NCBI RefSeq assembly: GCF_009914755.1
Contig: NC_060947.1
Direction: 5' to 3' (one strand)
Length of the DNA: 64,000 nucleotides
From: the human T2T-CHM13v2.0 reference genome, Homo sapiens
How positions within the stretch are numbered: the stretch's first letter is position 1; the number at the start of each line of letters is the position of its first letter. The position numbers and the translations under genes were made by a program. The notes under the pieces are model-generated. The model was not told where the DNA came from. It made no database searches and was given only the letters and a program-made list of their open reading frames with translations. Below, one piece after another: positions 1-16,619 of the stretch.

Positions 1-800
1 AACGAAGCTCAACATCACTGATCATTAGAGAAATGCAAATTAAAACCACAATGAGATACCACCTCATGCCATTCAGAATGGTAATTATTAAAAAGTCAAG
101 AAACAACAGATGCTGGTGAGGCTGTGGAGAAACAGGAACACTTTTACACTGTTGATGGGAATGTAAATTAATTCAATCATTGTGGAAGACAGTGTGGTGA
201 TTCTTCAAAGACCTAGAACCAGAAATACCATTTGACCCAGCAATCTCATTACTGGGTATATACCTAAAGGTATAGAAATCATTCTATTACAAAGATACAT
301 GCATGCATATGTCCATTGCAGCACTATTCACAATAGCAAAGATATGGAATCAACACAAATGTCCATCAATGATAGAAGGGATAAAGAAAATGTGGTACAT
401 ATACACCATAGAATACTATGCAGCCATAAAAAGGAATGGGATCATGTCCTTTGCCGGGACATGGATGGAGCTGGAAACCATTATCCTCAGCAAAGTAACA
501 CAGGGAAAACAAAGAAACAAACACCGCACATTCTCACTTACAAGTGGGAGCTGAACAATGAGAACACATGAACACAGGAAGGGGAACAACACACACTGGG
601 GCCTGTTGGGGGGCTGGGGGAGGGAGAGCATCAGTATAAATAGCTAATGCATGTGAGGCTTAATACCTAGTGATAGGTTGATAGGTGCAGCAAACTGCCA
701 TGGAACACATTTACCTATGTAACAAACCTGCATGTCCTGCACATGTATCCCAGAACTTAAAATAAAATAAGATTAAAAATAAACAAATAGAAAAAGAAAA
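1..800 (+). mobile_element. L1 3' end (older L1PA, roughly PA11-16), entering from the window edge
   Basis: Degenerate ORF2 C-terminus (ORF 303..554, AALFTIAKIWNQ...EYYAAIK), L1 3'UTR with a G-rich tract at ~600-625, and an A-rich tail at ~760-800. Confidence 0.93.
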
Positions 801-1139
801 AAGTTCTTGTATGTATTCTGATAGGTAGTAGGGGTTTTTGTTTTCTAGCTATGTCATCAATTTCTAGTTTAAATGTGTTGTGGTGGATTGTATTTTGTGT
901 TCTGTTGTTAGATTTTGGAACTTAAAATATTTTTACGCCTAACATTTGTTCAATTTTTGAGAATAGACAAGGATGTGTGAAAAGAAGGAATATTATCTAT
1001 TTTCAGGTATGTTGTTTGATGTATATTAGTTACATTTACTTCATTATGTTTTTAATGTCTTTTATAGCCTTAATTATTTTTGGTGATCTATCATGAAAGC
1101 AAAGTGTTGAAATGAATAAAATCTCCAGTTTCTAATGTG

Positions 1140-2775
1140 AAAAAAAGTAGTGTTTCTACACATTAATAGTGAACTATATGAAAAAGAAATCAAGAAAACA
1201 ATCCCATTTATAATAGTTATCAAAAAGTAAGATACCTAGGAATAAATCTAACCAAACTGGTGAAAAATATCTAAATTGAAAACTGTGAAACATTGATGGA
1301 AGAAACTGATGAGTACACAAATAAATAGAAATATATCCCCTGTTCATGGGTTGAAAAAATTAATTTTGTCAAAATGAACATACTACTCAAAGAGATCTAC
1401 AGATTTAATGCAATCCCTATCAAAATACCAAAGACATTCTTCACAGAAATATAAAATATAATCCTAAAATTTGTATAGAACCACAAAAGATACCAAATAG
1501 CCATAGCAATCTTGAGCTAAAACAAACCAAATTAAACAAGCAAACAAAAAACAAAGCCGGAGGCATCACACTACCTGACTTCAAAATATGCTGCAAATCT
1601 ATAGCAACCCAAACAGCATGGTATTGGCATAAAAATAGACACATAGAACAATGAAACAGAATAGGGAATACAGAAATAAATCAATGTATCTATAGCCAAC
1701 TAATTTTTTGACAATGGTACCAGGAACAAAAATTGGGAAATGACAATCTCTTCAATAAATATTGTTGGGAAAACTGGATATCCATATGCACAATAATGAA
1801 ACTGGACCCCTATCATTCACCATATTTGAAAATCAACTCAAAATGGATTGACTTAAAAGTAAGACCCAAAACTGTGAAAGTACTAGAAGGAAACATAGGG
1901 GAAATGCTTCATGACATTGGACTAGGCAATAATTTTTTAGATAAAGTCTCAAAAGCACAGGAAACAAAAACAATAATAGACAAATGGGATTACATCAAAC
2001 CAAAATGCTTCTGCACAGCATTTTCTGCACAGCAAAATGCTTCTGCACTCAACAGAGTGAAGAGACAGCCTACAAAATGGGAGAAAATATTTCCATGCTA
2101 TACATCAGACAAGGAGTCAGTATCCAGAATATATAAGGAACTCAACTTAAAAGCAAAAAGCAAACAATCTGATTAAAAATAGCAATAAAAAGCACTTGAT
2201 AGGCATTTTTCAAAAAAATGTAGAAAAGGAAAACAGTATATTGAAAAACATTCAACATCACTATCATCAGGGAAATACAAACCAAACCACAATGAAATAT
2301 TACCTCACTCCAATTAGAATGGATATTATCAAAAAGACAAAATATAACAAGTGTTGGCAAGGATGTTGAGAATAGGAATATTTTACACACTGTTGGTGAA
2401 AATGTAAATTAGTACAGCCATTATGAGAAACATTATGGAGGTTCCTCAAAAAACTCAAAATAGAACTGCCATATGATTCAGCAATCCTACTTCTGGATGT
2501 ATATCCAAAGGATGTTAAATCAGTATGTCAAAGAGATATCTGCATTCCCATGTTTACTGAAGCACCATTCACATTAGCCAAAATATGGAATCAACCTAAG
2601 GCAGACACAGAAAGATGAATACCATATGATCTCACTCATATGCACATTTTTAATAAATTGATCTCATGGAAGTAGTGAATCGGACAGTGGTTACCAGAGA
2701 CTGGAAAGAAGGAGGTGGTTGGTCAATGGGTATAAAGTTACAATTAGAAAATGGGATAACTATAACAGGTGTATT
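1140..2775 (+). mobile_element. L1MA-type 3' fragment (ORF2 end plus 3'UTR) with an internal deletion near 2600
   Basis: ORF 1733..2176 translates to L1 ORF2-like sequence ([14 protein letters not shown]...IDKWDYIK). L1MA-type 3'UTR motifs are present (aaagagatatctgcattccc; gtggttaccagagactgg). Confidence 0.88.
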
Positions 2776-3344
2776 GCATGTGTAATCAGAATTCCAGAAG
2801 GAGAATAAAGAAACCAAATAAATATTTGAAACCATGAAGACTCAGAATTTCTCCCAAATTAATGTCAGACACCAAACCACAGATCTAGAAAGCCCAGAGG
2901 ACATCAATCAGAATAAATGCCCCCAAATCTATACCTAAGCATAACAGTTTCAAACTATAGAAAACTAAAGATAAAGAAAAAAATCCAAGAAAAAGCCAGA
3001 GGGTAAAAAATACCTATAGAGGAACAAAGCTAAAAATTAGATCTGACTTCTCAGAAATCACTCAAGCAAGAAGAGAATGAAGTGAAATATTTAAATTCTT
3101 GAGAGAAAAAAATACCTACAAACCTAGAATTCTGTACGCTATGAAATTATCCTTCAAAAATGAAGAAGAAATATACTTTCTCAGACAAACAGCAAATGAG
3201 AGAATGTGTTACTGATTGATCTGCCTTGAAATAAATGTTAAAAGTTCTTTAGAGAAAACGAAAATATAGGGCGGAAACTCAGATCTTCATAAGGAGAAAG
3301 AAAGAGCATCGAAGAATAAATAAATAAAGTTTAAAATGTTTTGT

Positions 3345-5616
<2,272 letters not shown>

Positions 5617-6589
5617 ACAATGAGAACACATGGACACAGGGTAGGGAACATCACACACTGGGGCCTGTTGTGGGGTGGGGGAAGGGAGGAGGGATAGCAT
5701 TAGGAGATTACCTAATGTAAATGACGAGTTAATGGGTGCAGCAAACCAACATGGCACATGTACACATACGTAACAAACCTGCACGTTGTGAACATGTACC
5801 CTAGAACTTAAAGTATAATTAAAAAATTTTTTTAATTAAAAAAATGAAAACTATATTTTTCTTATTTTAAAATGATCTAACATAAGTTTGATCAAAGTAG
5901 TATTAGTAATAATGTATTTTATTTTATATGCTTATGCATATATGTTATATTTACCTATATATAGGTGAAATGAGTCACAGCAATGATATGAGGAACAGAA
6001 GGGAAGAATTAGAATTATTCTGTCATTATAAGATATGCTGCCCATGAAGTGGTATACTGTCACTTGAAAGTGGACTTGGATTAGTTGTAAATGTAAATTG
6101 CAAACTCTATGGCAATACTTAAAAGAAGTTAAAAAAAAACAAGTATAACTGATATGCTAAGAAAGGAGAGAAAATGAAAGCATATAAAATGCTCAATTAG
6201 AACCACAAAAGACAGGAAAACAGTGGAAAATAAAACTAGGAACAAAAAATGAGGATACCAAATAGAAAACAGTAACAAATATGGTAGCTATCAATCTAAC
6301 TGTATCAGTAATGATTTTGAATCTCTTTGGCCTTAATGCTCCAATTTAAAGACAGATATTGTGAAAGTGGATCAAAAAACAGAGAACCATCAAGTCAACT
6401 TATCAAAGTTAATGAGAAGCAAGATTTTGGCTTTTCCTTTTTCAAACTACTGTGGTCTGAGGGCATTATGGTTACATATTATGCCATTCTCAAGGCAAAA
6501 CTCATATATATTTTGATTAGAGGTCAAGGTCTGTATTACTACGTAATATGGATACATTATCCCTATTTATTCAGAACAATTACATAGCA

Positions 6590-6862
6590 ACATCAGAGGC
6601 AATGTGGTATAAAGCAAGAATACAGGCTTTGGAGCAGACACAGGTACTAACCCCAGATCCACAACTTACTAGATGCATGGCATGGGACAAGTTACTTAAA
6701 CTTTATAAGCCTCAGTTTCCTCATCTGTAAGTGGAGCTAATACTACTTTCCTGACTAGGTTGAAGTGAAAATAGAGACAATAATTTTATATTTGATACTA
6801 AAATCATCTATTAGAATGCCTGGCACATAAAAGACATTTAGTCAATGAAATTATTAATAAAA
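6590..6862 (+). mobile_element. MIR
   Basis: MIR core caagttacttaaactttataagcctcagtttcctcatctgtaa...gcctggcacata. Confidence 0.85.
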
Positions 6863-6874
6863 AAATCTTCCTGC

Positions 6875-7096
6875 TGAGTGTGTCACCATTAAAAATTCAC
6901 TCCTTTGGGTTAATGAGCTACTCACTTAAACAGAGTCATTCCTAGCCAAAGTTGTAAAATACTTAATTTCCCTTTAGCACTTATATTTAGACTTCCCATT
7001 TGATGCCCTTTTTTCTTAAATTGGTATTTTGTTAGAGAGAAAGAGAGAGAGAGAAATCAGAGAATGCTTGGGAGAAAATAGAACTAATAAAAACTC
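6875..7096 (+). repeat. Donor sequence for the 4912-5130 insertion
   Basis: Near-identical to 4912-5130 and continuous with non-L1 flanks. Confidence 0.95.
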
Positions 7097-8749
7097 CCAT
7101 TTCTTGTCGAGATTTGTGACTTTGGAAGTTGGGTGATGAATGTGACAATGTAAGAACATATTTTTTCAGAAAATGAAGCTGGACCAGGCGGACAATATAA
7201 ATTTTCCTGATGTTATGATAGAGTTAGTGCACTATCATTTAAGTACTACTCTTCAAATATGACTAAAAATATATCTGTATATGTCTTCTCCCCAATTTCA
7301 TGTATTTCCAATTACCTTAATTATTCATTACTTTCTCAAACATTACAACATAAAAATGAGGAATGGCTTTTTGTTAAGAATATTTTCAAGTCAGTACATA
7401 ATAAAATGGAACAGCTGCAGCCATGAATTTTATAAACGCTTTGTTGAAAATAACATTAAATGGCAATATTAGTTCGCAGATAAACTGCAGTATTTTATTC
7501 TATGTCAAAAATTTGTCATTCTTATTTATAATGAGGAACATATGAAATAACTTACCTTGATTTTTATTGGATGGACGCCATCATCATCTTCATTGTCATT
7601 GTTGTCATCATCATCATCCCAATATTGATGGCCTAGAGTAAACAGGAACTTGAGGACACTGTTTAAGCAGCTGTGGACATAAAGACAAAGTGCCTATGTT
7701 CAAATAACTTAAAATCAAGTTAGGAGACAGGTTGTACAAACAAACAGGAAAGCACTATATCAGGATTAGAGCTGGTTGCCAAGTACTCTTGGTCATCAGG
7801 CACTACTTGGTTTCTGGACTTTGCATTCCTTCTCTACACAAAGTAGACACCCCGACATACCCACTTTATTTCTGACCTTAGTATATATAAATTTAAGAAT
7901 TTTCAGGCCAAATTTTGCAAAAATTATGACCAAGAAGCTAAATGAGACCCAAGACTATATTTGTCACACTGCACACGTTTAACTTACTCTTTGAATTAGT
8001 TCCCATTTTAAAGCTCATTTGTTTTATTTTATAATTGAGATTTCCAACTTTTCTTGGCAATATCAAAAGATCTTGCAACACTAGGTCTATTTTCCACATT
8101 GCAATTACTTGTTGCTAAATAATGCACACCCTCTCTAGATAAGACATAGGAACCCCATTTTTTTCATAGGCCTCACCAATCCTTTTTGATCCTTAAACTG
8201 GTCTTGCTTCACGCTCTTTACCTCTCAGTCTCTACAGGCATTTGCGTTTATGGCCCATAGCCTAGCCACTCTTTTAGACTCAGCATGAAATATCACACTG
8301 GTTTAGTTCTGACATAAATTTCTTCCTTGTGCCTCTTGCTGCATTTCTTTTCTCAGTAATCCTTCTAGCACTGGCAAGTCCTGACTTTTGTCTTCCTGCT
8401 ACTACCTCCATCCCAACAATATTTCTGTTTGACAATTATACCCCAAAGTGTTGACTCAGATCCTATTTACAATTACTTAATGACTATACCTTTATCAATT
8501 ACCACTGGACTACTGCAATCAACAGTGATAAGAAGTTATAGCTGGCTGATTCATTAAATGAAAAGAACTATTTCACTGTATGCAAGTATAATCTGATACA
8601 GCAAGTTCATAAGCCTCTGAACCAAGAAAAGATTTTAGCAAAACCACGCCTCCCTTCAAAATACATAAGAGTAGGCAGCGATGGAAACCCCACTGAGGTC
8701 ACTGATTTGGGCAAGGACCATTAAGGAAAACAAAAAGTTTGGGATGATA

Positions 8750-9480
8750 GGTAGATAGGGAAATCAATATTCACATAGTGCCACAGTATCACCTCCCTGG
8801 ATGACTACCTGAAAAGAGAGGAAAGGTTAACTTTTCAATAGAGCAAGCCGACAATCATCATCTTAACCAAGTTATCATTCACTGGGTTCAGAGTCAATCA
8901 CATATTATGTGTTTCTTAACATGATGCAATATGCAACACACAGCCTCACCTAGGAAGTAGTCCCATGAAAAATGTTTAACCTGAATCCAATACGCATTAG
9001 CCCTAATTTTCAGTTTTCAGAAATATAAGTTAACATAAAAGGAGCAGCTTCAAAGAAACCAAAAAAAAAAAAATCAGGAAAATCCAAAAGGTGATTTATG
9101 TTAAAGGGCAATATTCTTGATTTCATCAATAGTCAAAATCATTGAAAGAATATAAAGAAAAGGACTGACTTCTAGATTAAAAGAAAGTTAATAGACATAA
9201 CAACAATCAAATGTAATATATGGCTCCGGATAGAATCCTGGTTGGAAAGACAGCTCTACAGTATATTTTGGAGTAATTAGGAAACTTTGAATATAGACTG
9301 TGAATATGACTTTGAATATAGACTTTGAATATAGACTTATGAGAATTATTATATTGTTTAGAAGTAATGGTGGTATGGTAATTATGAGAATAGGAGAATG
9401 TCCTTATTTTTTTAAATGCATAAAAGTTCAGTGGTGTCATGTCATGATGTCTGAAACTTACTTTCAAATAGTTCAGCCAA
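8750..9480 (+). mobile_element. Ancient L1MC/L1ME 3'UTR fragment
   Basis: Motifs catcttaaccaagt, aaaatgtttaacctgaatc, gatgtctgaaacttactttcaaatagttcag. Confidence 0.65.
9283..9338. repeat. ~13-bp tandem repeat (actttgaatatag) x4
   Basis: actttgaatatag actgtgaatatg actttgaatatag actttgaatatag. Confidence 0.85.
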
Positions 9481-9490
9481 AAACATACAG

Positions 9491-9491
<1 letters not shown>

Positions 9492-9525
<34 letters not shown>
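9492..9525. repeat. (CA)n microsatellite
   Basis: Read directly. Confidence 0.97.
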
Positions 9526-9526
<1 letters not shown>

Positions 9527-11279
9527 CCCTGGAGAAAGACAGATTGATTTGATTTTAATCAAAAGCATAGGAAGAAAATTCATCAATGAAGTTTCCAATA
9601 TAAGCAAAAAATAGTTTGATCATTCACAAAAAGAGAAATGGTTGGCATAACATCAGAGTACAGAGGAAGCTTTGAATACAAATACAGGTGACTACTAGCT
9701 CAGACTGTTTCAACTTGTAGCTATCACCCTGGAACCAATTATTGATAGTTACTAAGCCAAGTCCTCCAGCGTTGTGGATCTCCCTTATCTTTACCTTTCT
9801 TCACTAATTCCTGCTCGTCAGCTATCAGGTTAACCATTCCTCCCCCAATTTTGCTTTAGTTCTCCTCTTATGTGTTCCCACAGTACTCTGTTCTTTTATT
9901 ACAGTATTTTTTAAACTAAATAATTTATCTGTTTCTCCCTCTGGGTGGAGAGCTAATACAGAACATGGCTAGTATTCCCACTATTTCCCAAGCATCTAGT
10001 CCAGTGTGTGGCACAGCATAGGTATTCAATAAGCATGGCATATCTTGATATTTAAAATTGAATTTTTACTACTTCCTCTCCAGAAATTTGGACCCTAATT
10101 CTTAATCCTTCGTAGTAAGTCGGGCCCAGTTATCTTAAGATTCATTGTCTAACTGCCTACAAGTCTGTCTTAACATCGCCCTCCAGTGGAATCTCATTAT
10201 GCTGCTCTGTTCATCATCCCTGTTACTTTATTTTCTAAAATGTCAAACTCAATGTCACTATTCTTTTTTGTTCTAGCAAAATGCTCAGATTTTCTGTGGA
10301 AATTTTTAAACACCTGAGATCAGAGTGAGTTGAATGGCATTTTAGTGACATCTTAGCCCTCAAAGTCCATTATCTGAATAGTATTTAAGCTTGATGTAAG
10401 AGTGATCCAACTGAGTTGTTTCTACTGAATGTGATTTAGACAATCATTTATCCTTATTGTAACTCTTCCCTAATTGTCAGGACTTTCCTCCTGTAAAATC
10501 CCAAAGAGGCTATCAAATGCAAATCTACTTTTAAATTTTAGTGTCTGTAACTATTTCTGGACCTCTCTTTGACACAAAGGGCAGGTCTACAAGGATTTAG
10601 TCCCTCTAATAGAAAGCAGAAGTCAGTGAGTCTAACATGAATCCAAGGCAGAATATATTTAATAATAAGGCTGCTTTTGTAAATATGAATAGTAAAGTAC
10701 AGCTACAATTAGAAACCAGTTATCTTCAAATCTAACACTCATCAGGCAGCATTATAAAATAAAGCTATTTATTACTAGCTATTACTTACATTTTTGAAAG
10801 CACCATCATGTTTCATATGTGGAATAAATAAGGTCCCACAATAATCCACATATTTCATGAAACCTCTAGGAAACAATCTAGTACTCATTCTAAAAGCTAA
10901 TAAAAGGCAATAACTAGTTTTATGAGGTTTAAAAATCACAAATATTTTGACCAGTTTTTTCTAGAACAGGCAAAATTAAGAAGTACAATACATCCTCAGA
11001 CTTCACAAACAAAGTACATTATCTCCATTTGCCTCACTGCTCTCTTTGGCTAATTGTCAATGAGGCTTACTGCCAAATAATGCTGCAGTTGGCCAAGTTG
11101 TAGTGAGCACCCTCCAGCCTTTTTGATTACCTGCCTTTTCAGGCTTCAAATGCAGCACACAGCACAGATGATCAATGCTGTAATCTGCCAAACCTTTCTT
11201 TGTCCCTTCATCAACATACTCCAATGTCACATTCAAAGTCCTTGGAGGGTACTTGCATGACCACCCTATCTCCTTCCAT

Positions 11280-11445
11280 TTTTCTTCATAGCAATCATCA
11301 CTATATCTGTATTTCCTACTAGAATGTAAGCTCCATCGTGGCAGAGACTTAGTCTTATATCGGTCTTACCTTTTCCCACTGTATCTCTAGCACCTACAAC
11401 TGTACCGTGTACATAGAAAGTGCTTAATAAATATTTGTTCACTGA
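11280..11445 (+). mobile_element. L2 3' end relic
   Basis: actagaatgtaagctccat...tgcttaataaatatttgtt. Confidence 0.75.
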
Positions 11446-11734
11446 GTAAATAATCATAAGAGCTAATATATCTTGAAAATATATGATTATATGCATTGAT
11501 AAGTGCTTTACATGGTTTTTTACATAGTGATAATCACCAGGAATATCACTATGAAGGATGTGCTATAGTTATTCCCATTTTATAGTTGAGGAAACTTAAG
11601 ATTGGAAAAAAATGCATTTTGCTCAGGAAGGTAATACTTGTGATTATTGCTAGTACATCAGTCTTCTGTGAGGAACAATAATGATAGTAAGGGATACTTA
11701 AGAATGTAACATAACTTGGATGTCTATGGAAATT

Positions 11735-11960
11735 AATAATAGCTAACATTTACTGAAAACTTCCTACGAGCCAGACACTATTAAATACTTTACATCTCTT
11801 CAATCTCGCAAAAAAACCTATGTTGTAGACACTGTCATTATTCAGTTTTACAGATTATGAAACTGAGGCACAGAGCTGCTAAGCAACTTGCATAACATCT
11901 TACAGCTAGTAAGTAACAGATCTTCAGTTCAAACTTGGTTAGTCTGACAAATCTTGAGAC
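11735..11960 (-). mobile_element. MIR
   Basis: aataatagctaacatttactg...ttttacagattatgaaactgaggcacagag. Confidence 0.8.
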
Positions 11961-12489
11961 AGATTTATGAAGACACCTGTGAACGGAGAGACTATAGTAG
12001 GGTAGAGAGACAGAGAAAGGAAACAAAATAATTTTAATAAATATTATAAAATGCTAGAGATGATCATATTTATTACCAAAATAAAATCTCGGGACTTGCA
12101 CATATTTTATATAATCCTCAAAATGAGGAACTGTGTCCTATTATCTTCAGTTTATGGATGACACAAAGAGAAGTTTCTAGCCCAAGATCACACAGTTTGA
12201 GAGTAATCTAATTTCAGGGTGTCTCCCATTTCCATTGTCCCTGTACTGCCTGAAGAACTCAAAGAAACTTTGTTTCTGCAAGATCCAGGGGAGTAATGAT
12301 ATTTGGCTCAGAGATAGAAAGAATCAGGGTGGAAATGAGAAGGGTACATTTTTTAAAAAATGAACCCACTTAGGGAAAGCCTAGACTGAGAAGAGCTGAA
12401 CACAGGAATTGGGCAGACAAAAGAAGAAAAGATTAAGATTTATTTCCACAACAACAAAAAGGGGTTTTGTTTGGGATACAGTATAATAT

Positions 12490-12700
12490 TAGTAGCATGA
12501 TGTAGTCATTAAGAACATTGTTTAATTTCTAACTGGTTAGCTTACTAGCTTTATGAATTTGGGTAAATCACTTCAACTTTCAAAGCCTTAGTTTTCCAAC
12601 CTGTAAAATAGATATTATAAGAATGTTTTCCTCAGAGTGTTATTGGGTGTATCATCTGGTATGTAGCATGTGCTCATTAAACACCAGCAGCTGTTATTAA
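12490..12700 (+). mobile_element. MIR
   Basis: gggtaaatcacttcaac...agttttccaacctgtaaaat. Confidence 0.7.
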
Positions 12701-12929
12701 TGATAGTGGATAGCCTTCTCTTCCTCTTCACTGCACATGCCAATACACATCCAGAAGAGAAGAGAGAAAGATCAAAATGGAACGGAACTCAAATTCTTGG
12801 TGATGAAACCCATAATAGAGATAGAGACATATACCAAGCAATGGGAATATTGACACCTGGGTCCACCTTGGACAATACAAACGACATCTAGGAGAAAGTG
12901 ATACCTGAACTAAGTCCTGAAAATAGGCA

Positions 12930-13300
12930 TATGAGCTTCTTGTTGCTGCTATAACAGATTACTACAATCTTAGTGCCTCAAAATAATACCAATTTATTAT
13001 CTTATAGTTATGGATTTCAGAAGTCTGAAATGGGTCTCACAGGGCTAAAATCAAGGTGTTGTTGTGGTTGCATTCCTTTTGGAAACTAAGAGAGAATTGT
13101 TCCTTGGCCTTTCCCAGCTTTTAATAGTGCCTGCATTCTTTGGCTCATGGTCCCTTCATCCATTTTTGAAATTTGCAGATGGCATCTTCAAATCTCTTCC
13201 CTCCTTTGTTGATAAAGACCTTTGTGATTGCATCAAACCCACCTGGAGAATCCAGAAACCTCTTCAAATCTCAAGATCCTTAACATAAGCACATCTGAAA
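12930..13300 (-). mobile_element. MLT1-type MaLR LTR
   Basis: tgctgctataacagattactacaatcttagtg...tgggtctcacagggctaaaatcaagg...agatccttaac. Confidence 0.8.
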
Positions 13301-14516
13301 AGTATGACCACTCATATAATCCATTTATATGTGTATCAGAACCCACACGAGGTGGCTAAATGAAGGGAATTTAATATAGGAAACAAATTACAAAGGTATT
13401 AGAAGAATGGAAAGAGCAAATGAGGGAGAGGTGAGGCAAAATAGAGATTATTAACTGCAAGAAGTGGCTACCACTCACGGGGCTGAGGGACAAAGGCAGG
13501 AGGTAATACCAGAGCCTGGGAACAAGGATCCAGGGCTATTAGGCAGGAACTGGAACTTTGGAAGAACAACTCAGCTGAAGCTGGGACCCCAGAGCTTCTC
13601 AATAATAACTAGAGCTACAGAGAGAATACTCCCAACTGCCCAAGACATAAACAAGCAGAGCATGGGGATGGGGAGATAGAATATCACAGCTCCTGCACTT
13701 CCCTTGACTTCAAAATCTGACTAGTGTCTCCTATTGGTCAATTCTAGCCAGAAGACATTTAGCAAGGAAGCCCAGAAAAAAAAACGGTATCAAGGGTCAA
13801 ATGCTTGCAGACCAAGGGAAGAATAAAGAATGAATCTAAAAGCAAAACTAATCTTTTTGCAGTTTCCCAAACACGTCATATCCTTTTCTTACTCCCTTCA
13901 CTTGAATTGCATTCCCTTTGTCCTCTTATCTCTAATATTTTCTCCTCTGTGAAGCCTTCTCTGAGTATTCCAGGCTTCTGAACTCTAGTATCTCCTTGAC
14001 CACACTGATCATTTGGTAATTCACATAATACTGAGCAGCAGCACTGTTAGTTTTCTTTGTTTGCCTGTGTGACATGACCACTTAACTACCTTGTAAGCTC
14101 TTTGTAGGACAGAGAAGACCTACACATCCACATCTACCATACAGTTCTGACATGGCAAGTTTTTGCTTGGTTGTCTGAGCCTAATTCTAACTGCAGTGTG
14201 GTATTTTCCAGCATCTTAAGATTTTCTATGACATTCAAGGGTAGTGTTAAAATATTTAGCAATCAGTATGCATGGCCATCAACCAATCAGCATATACACC
14301 TGCCTCAAAAGAACAGACCCTGGCTGTAAACAACTAGTATACCTGCACTGACTCACAACTGCTGAATATCTGGCTGGACTACATGGAAAGGAGAACAAGA
14401 ACCTGCAACTGAGAGAAATGTGCACTATTTGCACTATGGACCAAATTACTAAATTAAAACACAAAACAGCAGATTATAAGATAAAGTTCTCTTTTAAAAA
14501 GTAGTCAATCATGAGA

Positions 14517-14517
14517 T

Positions 14518-14554
<37 letters not shown>
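14517..14554. repeat. Interrupted (CA)n microsatellite
   Basis: Read directly. Confidence 0.95.
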
Positions 14555-16580
14555 GGTTGTGTTCATTACAGTTTACATTTTATTTCATTATTTGTAGTAT
14601 ATATTAATATATTAGTTTTATAGTCTATTTTATACACAAAATATACCAATACATATATGCATAAAAATAAAGAGTATAATGCAATGGTTACCTCTGGGTG
14701 CCCATTAAGGATGAGCATTATTTTCCTCTTGTTTTAGCTTATTTGCATGATCTGATTTGTCTACAATATTCAAGTATCATATATGGGATAAAGTTTATAA
14801 ACTAAACAAACGTATTTCCTTTAAATGTTTCATTAATCTCTAGCAGGTATGTGATGAGTGAAAGAAAGAAGAGGACATGAGGGTTATAGCACATGCCCTA
14901 ACAATACATTTTAAAATACCCAATAGCATGGAAATATTTTATCCTCTATACATGCTTCCTAGCCCTCAGAGAGTCAAAGTAAAAAATTAAATTTCATCCA
15001 AAACACTCTTCCTAATCACTGTTCTGAGGAAGAATAAAAATGTAAAGAGGAAAAAAAGCTAATCAAAATACATGGCTTAAGTTTTTAAATGGAGATCAGT
15101 ATTTCATAAAATGTTAGGGAGACTGGTTCAGGAAATCATCATCCTTCCTTTTCACTAAGCCTGTCTGCCACCTGAAATTACACCTCGGATAGCAGCCTTT
15201 GCATTTCACTCAATGTCAAACCTGTAAACATCCTATGGCTTAACTGCTCAGGTCAACCATAATCTTCATCTCCTCCATAATCAGGCCAAGCTGGGAGTTC
15301 ATGGCCAGCATTTGAAATTCACAGCAGACAAACACAGAGACCAGGCACACAAGCCAATCAAAGATGTGGTTACACAACTGATTTCAGTTTTTACCTCTCA
15401 TATGAGGTGAGCTGCCGGTTGTGGGTACCCAACAATGACAACTCAGCTTCCATGAACTAAAGCACAGTGTTTCCATTGTGACCTATTTGGTGATCTTCAT
15501 ATAAGTATGGTTGATTTTCTTTACCAAGACTTTTTATGGCTATTTTAGTTCTATAATTACTTCTCAAAAATCTCCTGTCATGATGATGTCTCCATTCTCT
15601 CCTTCTCATCTCAGGCTATTACCAAGACAGCAACAAACCCTGTGTTTTTCCAATCCTGATTGCTTTCCATCAACCTTCTCTTTGACTTGGACCTCCAAAT
15701 TAGGTCAGCTCAGTCTGAACATTTAAGTTTTTCTTTTCCAGAAATTAACATAACTTATTAATAAGCCTGTAATTTTACAAAGGTTTAGCAAAACGTCAAC
15801 CACATCCCCAGTCTATGAAGATAAGAGCTATATTTAGCTAGTCCTAATTAAAAATAGCTAAAGTGCTGCTTGGTATGGGAGGAGGGGAAAATCTGTATGA
15901 TTCATGTCTCATCAAAAACGTTGACATTTGACTTTCCTTAATGCTGTTTATGGCTGAATTAATATTGTTCCATTTAGTTCAAAATATAGGAAGTATTTGA
16001 ATTGTATTATTGATCCTCATAAAATATGTGAATTTTACCAGTCTCACATACAGTCAATATTGGGCATGTAACAGGAGTTTTGTGACTCTCATTGTTAGTT
16101 AAAGATATCTTTACCAGAGAGTTGCATCCTAGAAAAATTGCCCCTAATAGTCATGTAGAATGATCTCTCCAGGTATAGATATCGGGTTATGAGTTTGATA
16201 TGCAATCATTGCCATTCAGCCAAATCTATAAAGCAAAATTCAAAACCTAAAACAATCAAGGATCCAAGGCTTCATTCCTTATGGGGCATAAAAAGAATAG
16301 ATCTGCATGTTCACAAACCAGAGTCGGTACATCTACATTGTCCTTGTGTTCCTTTTCAACATTTCCCCATGACCAAAAAAATGTCTTCCATGAAAAGAAA
16401 CTCACACTAGACGTGATATTTCTAAATCTTTTAGGAGCAAGGTGCCAACTGAAAGGGGAAGCACGAAGCGGGTCGTTGCACTCAACTTCACACACTAACC
16501 TTATCACCAAACCCCATGGAAGAGAGAAAGCAACAAGCAACAGCAGCCAGTGACTGGGTTCAGGGCTTTTGGGTGTACAA

Positions 16581-16582
<2 letters not shown>

Positions 16583-16618
<36 letters not shown>
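16583..16618. repeat. (TG)n microsatellite
   Basis: Read directly. Confidence 0.97.

Positions 16619-16619
<1 letters not shown>

Noticed and set aside
5816-5840. AT palindrome taattaaaaaatttttttaatta at the L1 tail
   Set aside because: It is low-complexity decay of a poly(A) tail with no evidence of function.
9283-9338. Short direct repeats here and at 16640-16695, 20952-21009, 23165-23255 and 35670-35720 as CRISPR-like arrays
   Set aside because: They have two to four copies, no unique regular spacers and a eukaryotic context, so they are ordinary slippage duplications.
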